Shown: positions 9,484 to 18,584 of the stretch, in pieces
Position numbering within the stretch: position 1 is the stretch's first letter
How the letters are laid out: each line of letters begins with the position of its first letter
Origin: Alphaproteobacteria bacterium
GTDB lineage: Bacteria; Pseudomonadota; Alphaproteobacteria; JASGCL01
Length of the DNA stretch: 64,000 nucleotides
NCBI GenBank assembly: GCA_965203915.1
Contig: OZ241918.1
Coordinates: 24,639-88,638 of the forward strand
Direction: 5' to 3'
Translations under genes and position numbers: made by a program
Notes under the pieces: model-generated
Databases searched by the model: none
What the model was told of the DNA's origin: nothing
What the model saw: the letters and a program-made list of their open reading frames with translations, nothing else

Positions 9484-9679
9484 CTTCCCTTGTGATACAA
9501 GGGAAGAAGAAAATGAAGGAGCATAGCGTAAGCGGAGCGACTATCATTTTCAGTTAGGTTAGACGCCTTGTCAGAATATTAAATAGCGTCTTTTAGAATC
9601 TATAGCGGGGTCTAACCTATCCGTAAAACATATTCGCTTCGCTCATTGTTTTTCTCCTTCCCTTGTATCACAAGGGAAG
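9484..9679. repeat. ~200-bp composite inverted-repeat (MITE-like) element
   Basis: CTTCCCTTGTGATACAAGGGAAG at the left end and its exact reverse complement at 9657-9679. The adjacent ~30 nt are also imperfectly inverted. There is an internal AGGTTAGAC/GTCTAACCT stem and the GAAAATGAAGGAG...CGACTATCATTTTC core. Confidence 0.75.
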
Positions 9680-9769
9680 TCAGTAGCGCGCAATTTTATT
9701 CGCCACGATATTAAAGAAAGTAGTTGTTTTTAGTTGCATAGAAAAAACGAATCGTTTTAGGTGGGGAGT

Positions 9770-11182
9770 ATGTCTAAAACCTCCCCAACCCCGATTGTCC
9801 TGACCGATGAGGAATGGGCGCGGATGACCGCACGGCGGCGAGAAGAGAATCAAAAATCAATCTCGTGGCATGAGGAGCTCATAAATCTTCATAAACTAAA
9901 AAATAAGATTTGGGGAAAAACAGAAAATACCCTTACGCCACCACCAGAGTTGTTAAAAATAGATGAGCCCGAGTATAAAGAAATGGTTGAGGCTTTTATC
10001 AATGGCACAGAGGCATGGTTCAAATGGCAAAAGTCTTTTGCTAATAATGGTTCGTCTAGTGCTCCACGCTATTATGATTTCCAATATTTAAATTTTTCTA
10101 GCTTTGAAGAAAAATTTTCTATCTTTGAAAAAAATTTTTCTATTCAATTAATTTCTATAGAATTCATTAAACCAACTTTATTTGATTATTCAAGATTTTA
10201 CTCGTTAATTCTGACTGACTGCGTTTTTACAAGAAGCGTTTCATTTGAACATGCTAAATTTTGTGCCTTTGCTGGATTTGATAGAACCTCATTTTCAAAG
10301 GACGTTTTTTTTGGAAGTGCTAAATCTCATATAGCGATTAGCTTTCAGGATGTTTACATTGAAAATATTATTGATTTTTCATCTATGAATTTTGAAAATA
10401 ATAGCAGCCTAGACATACAAACAAATTTTAAGAGAATGTCCTTTGGCAATAAAGGAAATTTAATTCTTGATAATGCTATTTTTAAAAGAACGATTCCTGA
10501 TTTTCGTTATAGCCGTATACCTGATATTAGGCTTAATAACACATCAATTCCTGCGCCAAATAATCTAAATTGGAATAAAGAAAATGAAGATATGTATCGT
10601 AAGCTAAAAGAACTAGCGATTGCCAACCATAACCATGAATATGAATTAAAATTCAATGGTTATGAAATGGAAAGCAAAATTATCAATGCGGGCAATGCCG
10701 TGCCATTCTATCATGCCATATTTTCCAACCTGTTTTTTCCTGTTGGCTTGCTTCCTCATGCTCTACTTCGCGCCATATTTTTTTCTATGGGCAAGGGTTT
10801 TTTTAACAGATTGAAAAAATACAAACATCGGCTTTTTTCTATCTGGGCATCGCGATTTTCCATTTGGCGCGCCGAAGCAAAAAAACAAATTCTTAGCTTA
10901 CCCGAAATAATTTTTTTGAAAATTTACAAATGCCTATCAAATTTCGGGCAATCCATTATATTGCCAGCATTTTGGTTGGTCGTTTTGGCGGGTGTTTATT
11001 ATTTACGATTTCATCCCGTTTCTTTTGATTTAATAAAAATCATGATGCCCATTCCTTTATTCGTAAATAATTTTAATGCGAACGAGAATATTAATGAATT
11101 GGGATTTGGCATAAAATCCCTTGCCACCATCCTCTGGTTCTTGCTCGGGCTTGGTATTCGCAACAACTTCAAAATAAAATAA
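9770..11182 (+). CDS. pentapeptide-repeat-like protein with C-terminal transmembrane region
   Basis: AT-rich ORF. The central region carries degenerate 5-residue periodicity rich in F/S/N/D (FTRSVSFEHAKFCAFAGFDRTSFSKDVFFGSAKS...). The C-terminus has several hydrophobic helices (ILPAFWLVVLAGVYY, LATILWFLLGLGI). ATG 9770 is preferred to GTG 9761. Confidence 0.5.
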   Translation: MSKTSPTPIVLTDEEWARMTARRREENQKSISWHEELINLHKLKNKIWGKTENTLTPPPELLKIDEPEYKEMVEAFINGTEAWFKWQKSFANNGSSSAPRYYDFQYLNFSSFEEKFSIFEKNFSIQLISIEFIKPTLFDYSRFYSLILTDCVFTRSVSFEHAKFCAFAGFDRTSFSKDVFFGSAKSHIAISFQDVYIENIIDFSSMNFENNSSLDIQTNFKRMSFGNKGNLILDNAIFKRTIPDFRYSRIPDIRLNNTSIPAPNNLNWNKENEDMYRKLKELAIANHNHEYELKFNGYEMESKIINAGNAVPFYHAIFSNLFFPVGLLPHALLRAIFFSMGKGFFNRLKKYKHRLFSIWASRFSIWRAEAKKQILSLPEIIFLKIYKCLSNFGQSIILPAFWLVVLAGVYYLRFHPVSFDLIKIMMPIPLFVNNFNANENINELGFGIKSLATILWFLLGLGIRNNFKIK

Positions 11183-11374
11183 TGGCGGAAAAGGTATAAA
11201 ATTTTTGCCAATACCTATTGCCACCCCGCCCCTAAATCTCTTTTTTTTATTTGACACGGCGGGGCGAATCGCGCGACTATCATTATCCAATCCAGTGGGG
11301 CAAGGGCAATCAACTAGAAAAAAAAACGGATATTAACCAACCAAAACATAAAAAAAAGCAAAAGGAAAAAAACC

Positions 11375-12382
11375 ATGTCATTATTAAAAGCCGAACCAAT
11401 TTACAAACCATTCCATTACCCCTGGGCTTACGATGCTTGGTTGTTGCAACAAAAATTACATTGGCTACCCGAAGATATTTCACTGGCCGATGATGTGAAA
11501 GATTGGCAAGGCAAGGTAACCCCCGCCGAAAAAAATTTGCTAACCCAAATTTTCCGCTTCTTCACCCAATCGGATATCGAAGTCAACAATTGCTACATGC
11601 GTAAATACGCTGGCGTTTTTCAACCGACCGAGGTTATCATGATGCTGGCCGCCTTCGCCAACATGGAAACCATCCACGTTGCCGCCTATGCCTATTTGTT
11701 GGATACCATCGGCATGCCCGAAACCGAATATTCGGCTTTCAAAGATTATAAAGAAATGAAAGACAAATATGATTACATGCAACAATGGGGCATGAAAACC
11801 CCAACCCAAATGGCAACCACCATGGCGGTGTTTGGTGCATTTACCGAAGGGTTACAATTGTTTGCGTCGTTCGTCATGTTGATGAATTTTCCGCGTTTCA
11901 ACAAAATGAAAGGCATGGGGCAAATTGTTACCTATTCGGTGCGCGATGAATCGTTGCATACCGAATGTATCATCCGCCTGCATAATATTTTTTTGCAGGA
12001 AAACCCCGAAGTCAAAACCCCCGAGTATGAAAATACATTGCTGGAAATTTGCAAAGCCATCGTCAAGCATGAAGATGCCTTCATCGACCTTGCCTTTCAA
12101 ATGGGCCCCGTGCAGGGTTTAACGGCGGAGGATGTTAAAAAATATATCCGCTATATCGCCGACCGCCGTTTGCAACAATTAAACTTGAAAACGTATTTTG
12201 GCGTCGAAAAAAATCCCTTACCCTGGATGGATGAAATGATGAATGGTGTGGAATTCACCAACTTCTTCGAAAATCGTGCCACCGAATATGCGCGCGGCGC
12301 CACAACGGGCAGTTGGGATGAAGCCTTCGTTGACTTGGTTGACCGTGCCAAAACGGTTGGCCACGCCCCCAGCGCTACTTAA
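11375..12382 (+). CDS. nrdB: class Ia ribonucleotide reductase beta subunit (R2)
   Basis: Di-iron ligands and the radical Tyr are in register: SDIEV, NMETIHVAAY (E..H...Y), FTEGLQLFASF and RDESLHT. Confidence 0.9.
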   Translation: MSLLKAEPIYKPFHYPWAYDAWLLQQKLHWLPEDISLADDVKDWQGKVTPAEKNLLTQIFRFFTQSDIEVNNCYMRKYAGVFQPTEVIMMLAAFANMETIHVAAYAYLLDTIGMPETEYSAFKDYKEMKDKYDYMQQWGMKTPTQMATTMAVFGAFTEGLQLFASFVMLMNFPRFNKMKGMGQIVTYSVRDESLHTECIIRLHNIFLQENPEVKTPEYENTLLEICKAIVKHEDAFIDLAFQMGPVQGLTAEDVKKYIRYIADRRLQQLNLKTYFGVEKNPLPWMDEMMNGVEFTNFFENRATEYARGATTGSWDEAFVDLVDRAKTVGHAPSAT

Positions 12383-12391
12383 AAACAAAAC

Positions 12392-12441
12392 CCCGCCATG
12401 GCTTGCGCAATGCGATTTTCGCACGGCGCGGTCATGGCGGG
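12392..12441 (+). terminator. possible nrdB 3' stem-loop (nested hairpins)
   Basis: CCCGCCATG (12392-12400) pairs with CATGGCGGG (12433-12441), with an inner TGCGA-TTT-TCGCA hairpin. The T-run is not immediately adjacent, so this is not a canonical intrinsic terminator. Confidence 0.3.
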
Positions 12442-12731
12442 CTTTACCCAAAATTTTTCTTAATATTTTTTCTTAATATTTTTTTTTGACAATTCTTCCG
12501 CGGGCAACTTGATAGGAAAATTTTTATTCGCAATATTCATCGATATTTTTTGTAAATAACTATCATTTTAAACTCAATTATGCTTATTATCATTCACTAG
12601 CAACCGCCATAAAGTGGCGCGGCGTATTTTTTTACCGCTATGCAACCAAGCAGGCTCAAACGATTTATTGTAACCGTTTGATTATATTTAATTATATTTT
12701 ATTTGACATTTTATAACTTTTGATTTATTTT

Positions 12732-12766
12732 TAATATGTATTCAATTTTAGGTTGAATACATATTA
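12732..12766. promoter_or_regulatory. perfect 14-bp inverted repeat (operator-like) upstream of the 122-aa ORF
   Basis: TAATATGTATTCAA-ttttagg-TTGAATACATATTA lies about 30 nt upstream of ATG 12799 and downstream of a TTGACA (12703-12708). Confidence 0.5.
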
Positions 12767-12798
12767 AAACAACAATTTTAACATATGGAGGAAATATC

Positions 12799-13167
12799 AT
12801 GCAATATAATATAGATAATAACATAGAAGATAGTGCAGAAACGCTGGCTCGTTTACAAAACCTCGAAAGCAAAATTGATAAAATATTATCGCATATCGAA
12901 ACTGCCCACACATCACGCGGCGCGCCGTTTGATGAAACCAACCACGCGCCGTCCAACATGGCCGAACAATTGCGCATGTTTATAAAAAATGGTTTTTTCC
13001 AAGAACCGCGCGTTGCCGCCGAAATAACGTTGGAATTAAGCAAGCATGGTTACAATGGCGATTCGGCCCTTATCAGCACCAACCTATCCAATTTGGTCAA
13101 AAGCAAATGGCTACACCGTTCGGGCAAACGCCGCAGCTATCAATATGTTATGAAAAAGAAAACGTAA
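12799..13167 (+). CDS. small coiled-helix + winged-helix-like protein, paralogue of 31910-32251
   Basis: GGAGG Shine-Dalgarno 7 nt upstream of the ATG. It aligns along its length with the first gene of the TIR operon (L..L...E.KID..L ... GFF....EI...L....NG..L...L..LVK...L...GK..Y.Y..KK). Confidence 0.65.
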   Translation: MQYNIDNNIEDSAETLARLQNLESKIDKILSHIETAHTSRGAPFDETNHAPSNMAEQLRMFIKNGFFQEPRVAAEITLELSKHGYNGDSALISTNLSNLVKSKWLHRSGKRRSYQYVMKKKT

Positions 13168-13178
13168 TATAAAAAATT

Positions 13179-14405
13179 TTATGAACGCAATGCGTCGATT
13201 AAAATTCTTTTTTTACCCCGCGTCAAATACCAATAATTCCACCCGTTACAACTCGGCATCTGTTCCAACTTGGCGGGCAATTGATGAATACTACCCGCCA
13301 TTTCTGCTTGGCTGCCCCCCGCGTTTTTTATACGCAATGATCCATCTATCATAACCTTGGCGCGATATTTGTTATGGTGGCTTATCAATTCATCCCCCGC
13401 CTTGACGATACCTTGCTCGACCAACGCACCAAAGGCAATACGTTTTTGTTTGGCGGGGCTTTCGGTCATCTGTAAATGCTCCAGCGCGGTTGGCTTCACC
13501 GCCGCCAGGCGCGATTTGATAATCGCCACATATTTTTCTTCCTTCTCAAAACCAATATAATGGCGTCCTAATTTCTTTGCCACGGCCAGGGTGGTGCCGC
13601 TGCCCGCAAATGGGTCCAACACCACATCGCCGACTTGGCTGGTGGCAAGTATAAGCCGTTGCAACAGGCTTTCTGGCTTTTGCGTGGGGTGGGCCGATGG
13701 CGATTTTTTATTATCATTGTCCAATTGCTTGGTGATGGTTTTTATCCTTTCGCCGCCCGAACATATCGGCAAATACCAATCAGACCGCATTTGCAGATCT
13801 TCGTTCAATGTTTTCATCGCGTGATAATTAAATTGGTATTTTGCTTTCTGGCTTTTGCTGGCCCATATCAATGTTTCATGGGCATTGGTAAAACGTCGGC
13901 CTTTAAAATTGGGCATGGGGTTATGTTTTATCCACACAATGTCATTCAATATCCAATAACCCAAATCCTGCAATATCTTGCCCACCCGAAATATATTATG
14001 ATAACTGCCAATCACCCACAACCCACCGTCGGGTTTTAATAATTTTTTCATGGCACCAAGCCATGCCAGGGTGAATGTATCGTATTCGGCAAAATTTTGA
14101 AATTTGTCCCAATCGTCATGCACCCCATTGACCATCGATTGGTCGGGGCGGTGAAGATTATTTTGCAATTGCAAATTATAAGGCGGGTCAGCAAATATCA
14201 AATCTATCGATTCGGGCGCGATGGTCGATGCCAAATCCAAAGCATCGCCGCAAAATACCTTGTTCAAGCTCTTCCCCAATAAATCCCGTGACGCATTTTC
14301 TGGCGTATCTTTACCACCAGCCTGCCCGCCAGGGTTGGCCAACTCCTTCATCGAAGAATAGGGCGCGGGATGGGCCGCGGAATGGGTTGGTTGGATCTTG
14401 CTCAT
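13179..14405 (-). CDS. ccrM: cell-cycle-type N6-adenine DNA methyltransferase (GANTC-specific CcrM family)
   Basis: IDLIFADPPYNLQL, GSYHNIFRVG, WILNDIVWIKHNPMPNFKGRRFTNAHETLIWASK, HPTQKPESLL, VLDPFAGSGTT and the C-terminal GSIHQ...CNGWNYW domain are near-collinear with my recollection of Caulobacter CcrM. The start is uncertain (14405, 14480 or a later Met). Confidence 0.9.
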   Translation of the reverse strand: MSKIQPTHSAAHPAPYSSMKELANPGGQAGGKDTPENASRDLLGKSLNKVFCGDALDLASTIAPESIDLIFADPPYNLQLQNNLHRPDQSMVNGVHDDWDKFQNFAEYDTFTLAWLGAMKKLLKPDGGLWVIGSYHNIFRVGKILQDLGYWILNDIVWIKHNPMPNFKGRRFTNAHETLIWASKSQKAKYQFNYHAMKTLNEDLQMRSDWYLPICSGGERIKTITKQLDNDNKKSPSAHPTQKPESLLQRLILATSQVGDVVLDPFAGSGTTLAVAKKLGRHYIGFEKEEKYVAIIKSRLAAVKPTALEHLQMTESPAKQKRIAFGALVEQGIVKAGDELISHHNKYRAKVMIDGSLRIKNAGGSQAEMAGSIHQLPAKLEQMPSCNGWNYWYLTRGKKRILIDALRS

Positions 14406-14704
14406 GTAAGTTAAAAGATTTTGCAAAATCCGTGCCGTATAATGCCTGCTGTTGTCTGAAGATGATAAATATATTAACAACTATATGAATGCGTGTGCCT
14501 CCCTTGATGTATTTTTCTCTTGCAACGCCGATTGTTTTGTCTATAATTGCAATGCGTTATGAAAATAACATGCTCCTGTAATCACGCGGTAAGACGGGGA
14601 CTGCTATTAAGGGGATAGTAAGGGGATAGGGGGACGACATAAGGGATTGAACAGCGGACCTGGGACGATAAGCGGGACAAGAAGGGGTATATTATTATAC
14701 CAAC

Positions 14705-16345
14705 ATGAAGGAATATCTTCGTCGTTTTTTTCAACGCGACACCATTGTTGTAACCGAAAAATATAATCGCTGGCTGGTGCCGCCCTGCGCCCTTGCTGTG
14801 CATCTTTGTATCGGTATGGCCTATGGATTTTCTGTTTTTTGGTTACCGCTTTCTAAGGCCGTTGGCATAACCGCCCCCGTTGCTTGCCCCGTGGGCACCA
14901 ACATATGGCAAGAAGCATTCTTAACCAATTGCGATTGGCGCATCTCAACCCTGGGGTGGATGTTTACACTATTCTTTTTATTGCTCGGCCTATCGGCGGC
15001 CATCCTTGGCCCATGGGTGGAACGGGTTGGGCCACGCACCACGGGTTTGGTTGCGGCGGTCTGCTGGGCGGGTGGTTTGTTAATATCTGCTTTGGGGATT
15101 CATTTGCACCAAGTTTGGCTGATGTGGCTCGGCTCGGGCGTTATCGGTGGTATTGGCTTGGGCTTGGGTTATATCTCGCCCGTTTCAACCTTAATCAAAT
15201 GGTTCCCCGATAAACGCGGCATGGCATCGGGCATGGCCATCATGGGATTTGGCGGCGGCGCAATGATTGGCAGCCCCCTGGCCAATTTGTTGATGCAACA
15301 TTTTTCTTCGGATACATCGGTCGGGGTGATGGAAAGTTTTATCGTTTTGGCGGTGGTTTATTATATTTACATGACCGTGGGGTCGTTGTTTTACCGTTTG
15401 CCACCCGACAATTGGAAACCAAAAAATTGGGTGCCAACCATCAGTAAAAAAACGTTAATCACCCACGATAATATTCATGTGTCGGACGCATGGCGCACCA
15501 AACAATTTTGGTTCTTGTGGTTTGTGTTGTTTTTGAATGTCTCGGCGGGTATTGGCCTCATCGGTATGGCCTCCCCCATGTTGCAAGAAATTTTTGCTGG
15601 CAACTTGCTGGGCACGGATAAGGTTTTTGGCGACCTGTCGCTGGATGAAAAAAAACAAATCGCCACCATCGCGGCGGGCTTCACGGGTTTGCTCAGTTTG
15701 TTTAACATCCTCGGTCGCTTCCTCTGGTCTTCGGCTTCGGATTTTTTGGGTCGCAAAATAACCTACGCTATCTATTTTGCGCTTGGTTTTGTTTTATATG
15801 CCTCCTTACCCACTTTGGGCGAATTGCACCAGGTCGTGCTATTCGTCTTGGCCATCTGCATTATCCTATCCATGTATGGCGGTGGTTTCGCCACCATCCC
15901 TGCCTACCTGTCCGATATTTTTGGCACCAAAATGGTCGGCGCCATCCATGGTCGGTTGCTTACCGCTTGGTCAATGGCGGGGATATTTGGCCCCGTGGTG
16001 GTTAATTACATGCGCGAATACCAATTACGTTTGAGCCATTCCCCTGCCCAAGTTTATAACCAAACCATGTATATCTTGGCTGGTTTCTTGGTGGTCGGTT
16101 TTATCATGAATATTTTGGTCACCAGGGTGGAGAAAAATATTGTGGCATCCTCCGCCAAAAAATTTGCTGACCTGCCCCAGGTTATTATTGATAAAGCCAA
16201 ATTGCTGCTTACCAAGCAGGGTTCTGCCGATGGCTCCTCCACCGCGACCATCATCAAATTGGTGCTGTTATGGGGCGCGGTGCTGGCACCTTTGGCGTGG
16301 GGTTTTTATAAAACTATCCTATCTTCCTTCGCAATATTTGGCTAA
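14705..16345 (+). CDS. MFS transporter, oxalate/formate antiporter (OFA) family
   Basis: 546 aa with about 12 hydrophobic helices and an N-terminal RWLVPPCALAVHLCIGMAYGFSVFWLPL typical of OFA-family MFS proteins. Confidence 0.8.
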   Translation: MKEYLRRFFQRDTIVVTEKYNRWLVPPCALAVHLCIGMAYGFSVFWLPLSKAVGITAPVACPVGTNIWQEAFLTNCDWRISTLGWMFTLFFLLLGLSAAILGPWVERVGPRTTGLVAAVCWAGGLLISALGIHLHQVWLMWLGSGVIGGIGLGLGYISPVSTLIKWFPDKRGMASGMAIMGFGGGAMIGSPLANLLMQHFSSDTSVGVMESFIVLAVVYYIYMTVGSLFYRLPPDNWKPKNWVPTISKKTLITHDNIHVSDAWRTKQFWFLWFVLFLNVSAGIGLIGMASPMLQEIFAGNLLGTDKVFGDLSLDEKKQIATIAAGFTGLLSLFNILGRFLWSSASDFLGRKITYAIYFALGFVLYASLPTLGELHQVVLFVLAICIILSMYGGGFATIPAYLSDIFGTKMVGAIHGRLLTAWSMAGIFGPVVVNYMREYQLRLSHSPAQVYNQTMYILAGFLVVGFIMNILVTRVEKNIVASSAKKFADLPQVIIDKAKLLLTKQGSADGSSTATIIKLVLLWGAVLAPLAWGFYKTILSSFAIFG

Positions 16346-16355
16346 TAGATTGGAC

Positions 16356-17432
16356 ATGGGATCTGGGCAAGATATTTTCTTTGATTACGAACTTCCCGCT
16401 GGTGCCATTGCAACGCACCCGGTGGAGCCGCGCAGTTCCGCGCGATTATTATTTTGCCAGGATGGGGAATATCAACATCGCACCGTCAGCAACCTGCCCG
16501 ATTTGTTGCCCGATAACACGGTCATTGTATTTAATAACAGTCGGGTTATTCCTGCCTTTTTAGCGGGGGAGGTGGTTAGCAACAAAAAAACCATCACCGT
16601 CAATTTGATTAGCCCCATGGGCCCCGCCATAAAAACCCAACATGCCCCCATGATGTGGCAAGCGATGGTAAAGGGTATGCAAAAACTCCATGTTGGTGAT
16701 GTCATCAATTTTGCGCGCGACAAAAATACCGACACTCCTTTCCTTGCCACCCTCATCGAAAAAACATCCGATGGTTTGGCGTGGCTTACTTTCCATGACC
16801 GAGAATATTTTTGGCAAGGATTAGAAGAACATGGGGAGATGCCTATTCCGCCTTACTTCAAAAGAAAACCCATGGCAGAGGATAAAGACAATTACCAAAC
16901 TATCTTTGCCCAACACCATGGTTCGGTGGCAAGCCCCACCGCCAGTTTGCATTTTACCGAAGGCCTCAAAGAAAAAATGATAGCGCACGGCTTCACGTTT
17001 TTGCCATTAACCCTTCATATTGGCGGGGGAACATTCTTACCCATTAAAACCGATATTGACAATCATATCATGCACCAAGAATTTGGCCGCATTAGCGAAG
17101 CCACCGCCACGCAATATAATTTGGCGAAGGAGCAAGGCAAAAATATCCTCGCCCTTGGCACCACAACCTTGCGACTTTTGGAATCGGCACTGGATAACCA
17201 TGGCAAACTACAGGCTTTTTCTGGCTTCACCGATATATTTATCAAACCGCCCTATCGTATTACCACCGCCGATTATTTGCTAACCAATTTTCATTTATCA
17301 CGCTCGACATTATTATTATTGGTCAATAGTTTTATTGGTGCCAAGGCGACAAAAAAATTGTATGAAACGGCCATTGAACAATGCTATCGGTTTTATTCTT
17401 ATGGCGATGCCTGCTTGCTAAAAAGACAGTAA
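16356..17432 (+). CDS. queA: S-adenosylmethionine:tRNA ribosyltransferase-isomerase
   Basis: FDYELPAGAIATHPVEPR, MPIPPYF and GTTTLRLLES motifs. The start is set at ATG 16356, after the MFS stop. Confidence 0.9.
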   Translation: MGSGQDIFFDYELPAGAIATHPVEPRSSARLLFCQDGEYQHRTVSNLPDLLPDNTVIVFNNSRVIPAFLAGEVVSNKKTITVNLISPMGPAIKTQHAPMMWQAMVKGMQKLHVGDVINFARDKNTDTPFLATLIEKTSDGLAWLTFHDREYFWQGLEEHGEMPIPPYFKRKPMAEDKDNYQTIFAQHHGSVASPTASLHFTEGLKEKMIAHGFTFLPLTLHIGGGTFLPIKTDIDNHIMHQEFGRISEATATQYNLAKEQGKNILALGTTTLRLLESALDNHGKLQAFSGFTDIFIKPPYRITTADYLLTNFHLSRSTLLLLVNSFIGAKATKKLYETAIEQCYRFYSYGDACLLKRQ

Positions 17433-17439
17433 TATAAGC

Positions 17440-18522
17440 ATGAAATTTGATTTGATAAAAAACAATGCCGCGGGGCGTGCGGGCGTGGTGAAGACCGCCC
17501 ATGGTGAATTTCTAACCCCTGCCTTCATGCCCGTTGCTACCCAAGGGGCGATGAAGGCCATGTCAATAAATAATTTGCAAACAACGGGGGCGGAGATCCT
17601 GCTGGGGAATAGTTACCATCTGTTCTTGCGCCCTGGGTTATCGGTGGTTGCCAAGCACGGCGGGTTGCATGATTTTATGAATTGGCATGGCCCTATCTTA
17701 ACCGATTCGGGTGGCTTCCAGGTTATGAGTCTATCCAAACTTACCACCATCACCGACCACGGTGTTTGGTTTCGTTCACCGATAGATGGCAGCAAGCATT
17801 TCTTTGACCCCGCTTTGGTGATGGATATTCAACATAAATTGGATAGCGACATCAGCATGGTGTTCGACCAATGTATCGCCTACCCCGCGGATAAAACCGC
17901 TGTTGACCAAGCCATGAAAAAATCGATGGCTTGGGCAAAAATCTGTCGCTCATTATTTGTCGAAAGGTCGGGCTATGGCGTGTTTGGCATTGTGCAGGGC
18001 GGGGTGCACCCCGACCTGCGCGAAGAATCGGCCAAGTCATTATTGAACATGGATTTTCATGGTATCGCTATCGGCGGTTTAGCAGTGGGTGAGGGGCAAG
18101 AGATCATGTTGCAAACCCTTGCCCATACCATCCCGCATTTGCCCATAAACAAACCGCGCTATTTAATGGGGGTGGGGAAGCCAGACGATATTATAAAATC
18201 GGTCAGGGCGGGGGTGGATATGTTTGATTGTGTCCTGCCCGCGCGGTCGGGGCGACATGGCCAAGTATTCATACGCGGCGCGGACGGCGAATATGATTTT
18301 GAAAATTATCAAAGCATCAATATAAAAAATGCCGAGTATCGGGAGGCTCTACAACCGCTTGACCAACATTGTTCTTGCCTGGCCTGTCGTGATTACACCC
18401 GTTCTTACCTCAGCCATTTGTTTCGCGCGGGCGAAGTATTATCGATGATGTTGTTAACCTGGCACAACCAACAATTTTATCAAGACATGATGCGTTGGTT
18501 GCGCCGCAATATTCTTGCGTAA
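17440..18522 (+). CDS. tgt: tRNA-guanine transglycosylase
   Basis: TPAFMPVATQGAMK, LTDSGGFQVMSL, YLMGVGKPDD and the zinc site CSCLACRDYTRSYLSHL. Confidence 0.95.
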   Translation: MKFDLIKNNAAGRAGVVKTAHGEFLTPAFMPVATQGAMKAMSINNLQTTGAEILLGNSYHLFLRPGLSVVAKHGGLHDFMNWHGPILTDSGGFQVMSLSKLTTITDHGVWFRSPIDGSKHFFDPALVMDIQHKLDSDISMVFDQCIAYPADKTAVDQAMKKSMAWAKICRSLFVERSGYGVFGIVQGGVHPDLREESAKSLLNMDFHGIAIGGLAVGEGQEIMLQTLAHTIPHLPINKPRYLMGVGKPDDIIKSVRAGVDMFDCVLPARSGRHGQVFIRGADGEYDFENYQSINIKNAEYREALQPLDQHCSCLACRDYTRSYLSHLFRAGEVLSMMLLTWHNQQFYQDMMRWLRRNILA

Positions 18523-18584
18523 TAATATCGCCGCGTGATATTTTTTCCATACCATTGTAAATAAGATTGTGGTAAAATGCTTGC

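Noticed and set aside
11183-11374. NrdR box or B12 riboswitch upstream of nrdB.
   Set aside because: There is no ACACWATATWTWGTGT-like palindrome, and the spacer is too short for a cobalamin riboswitch. It holds only a fragment of the dispersed repeat (GCGACTATCATTATCC).
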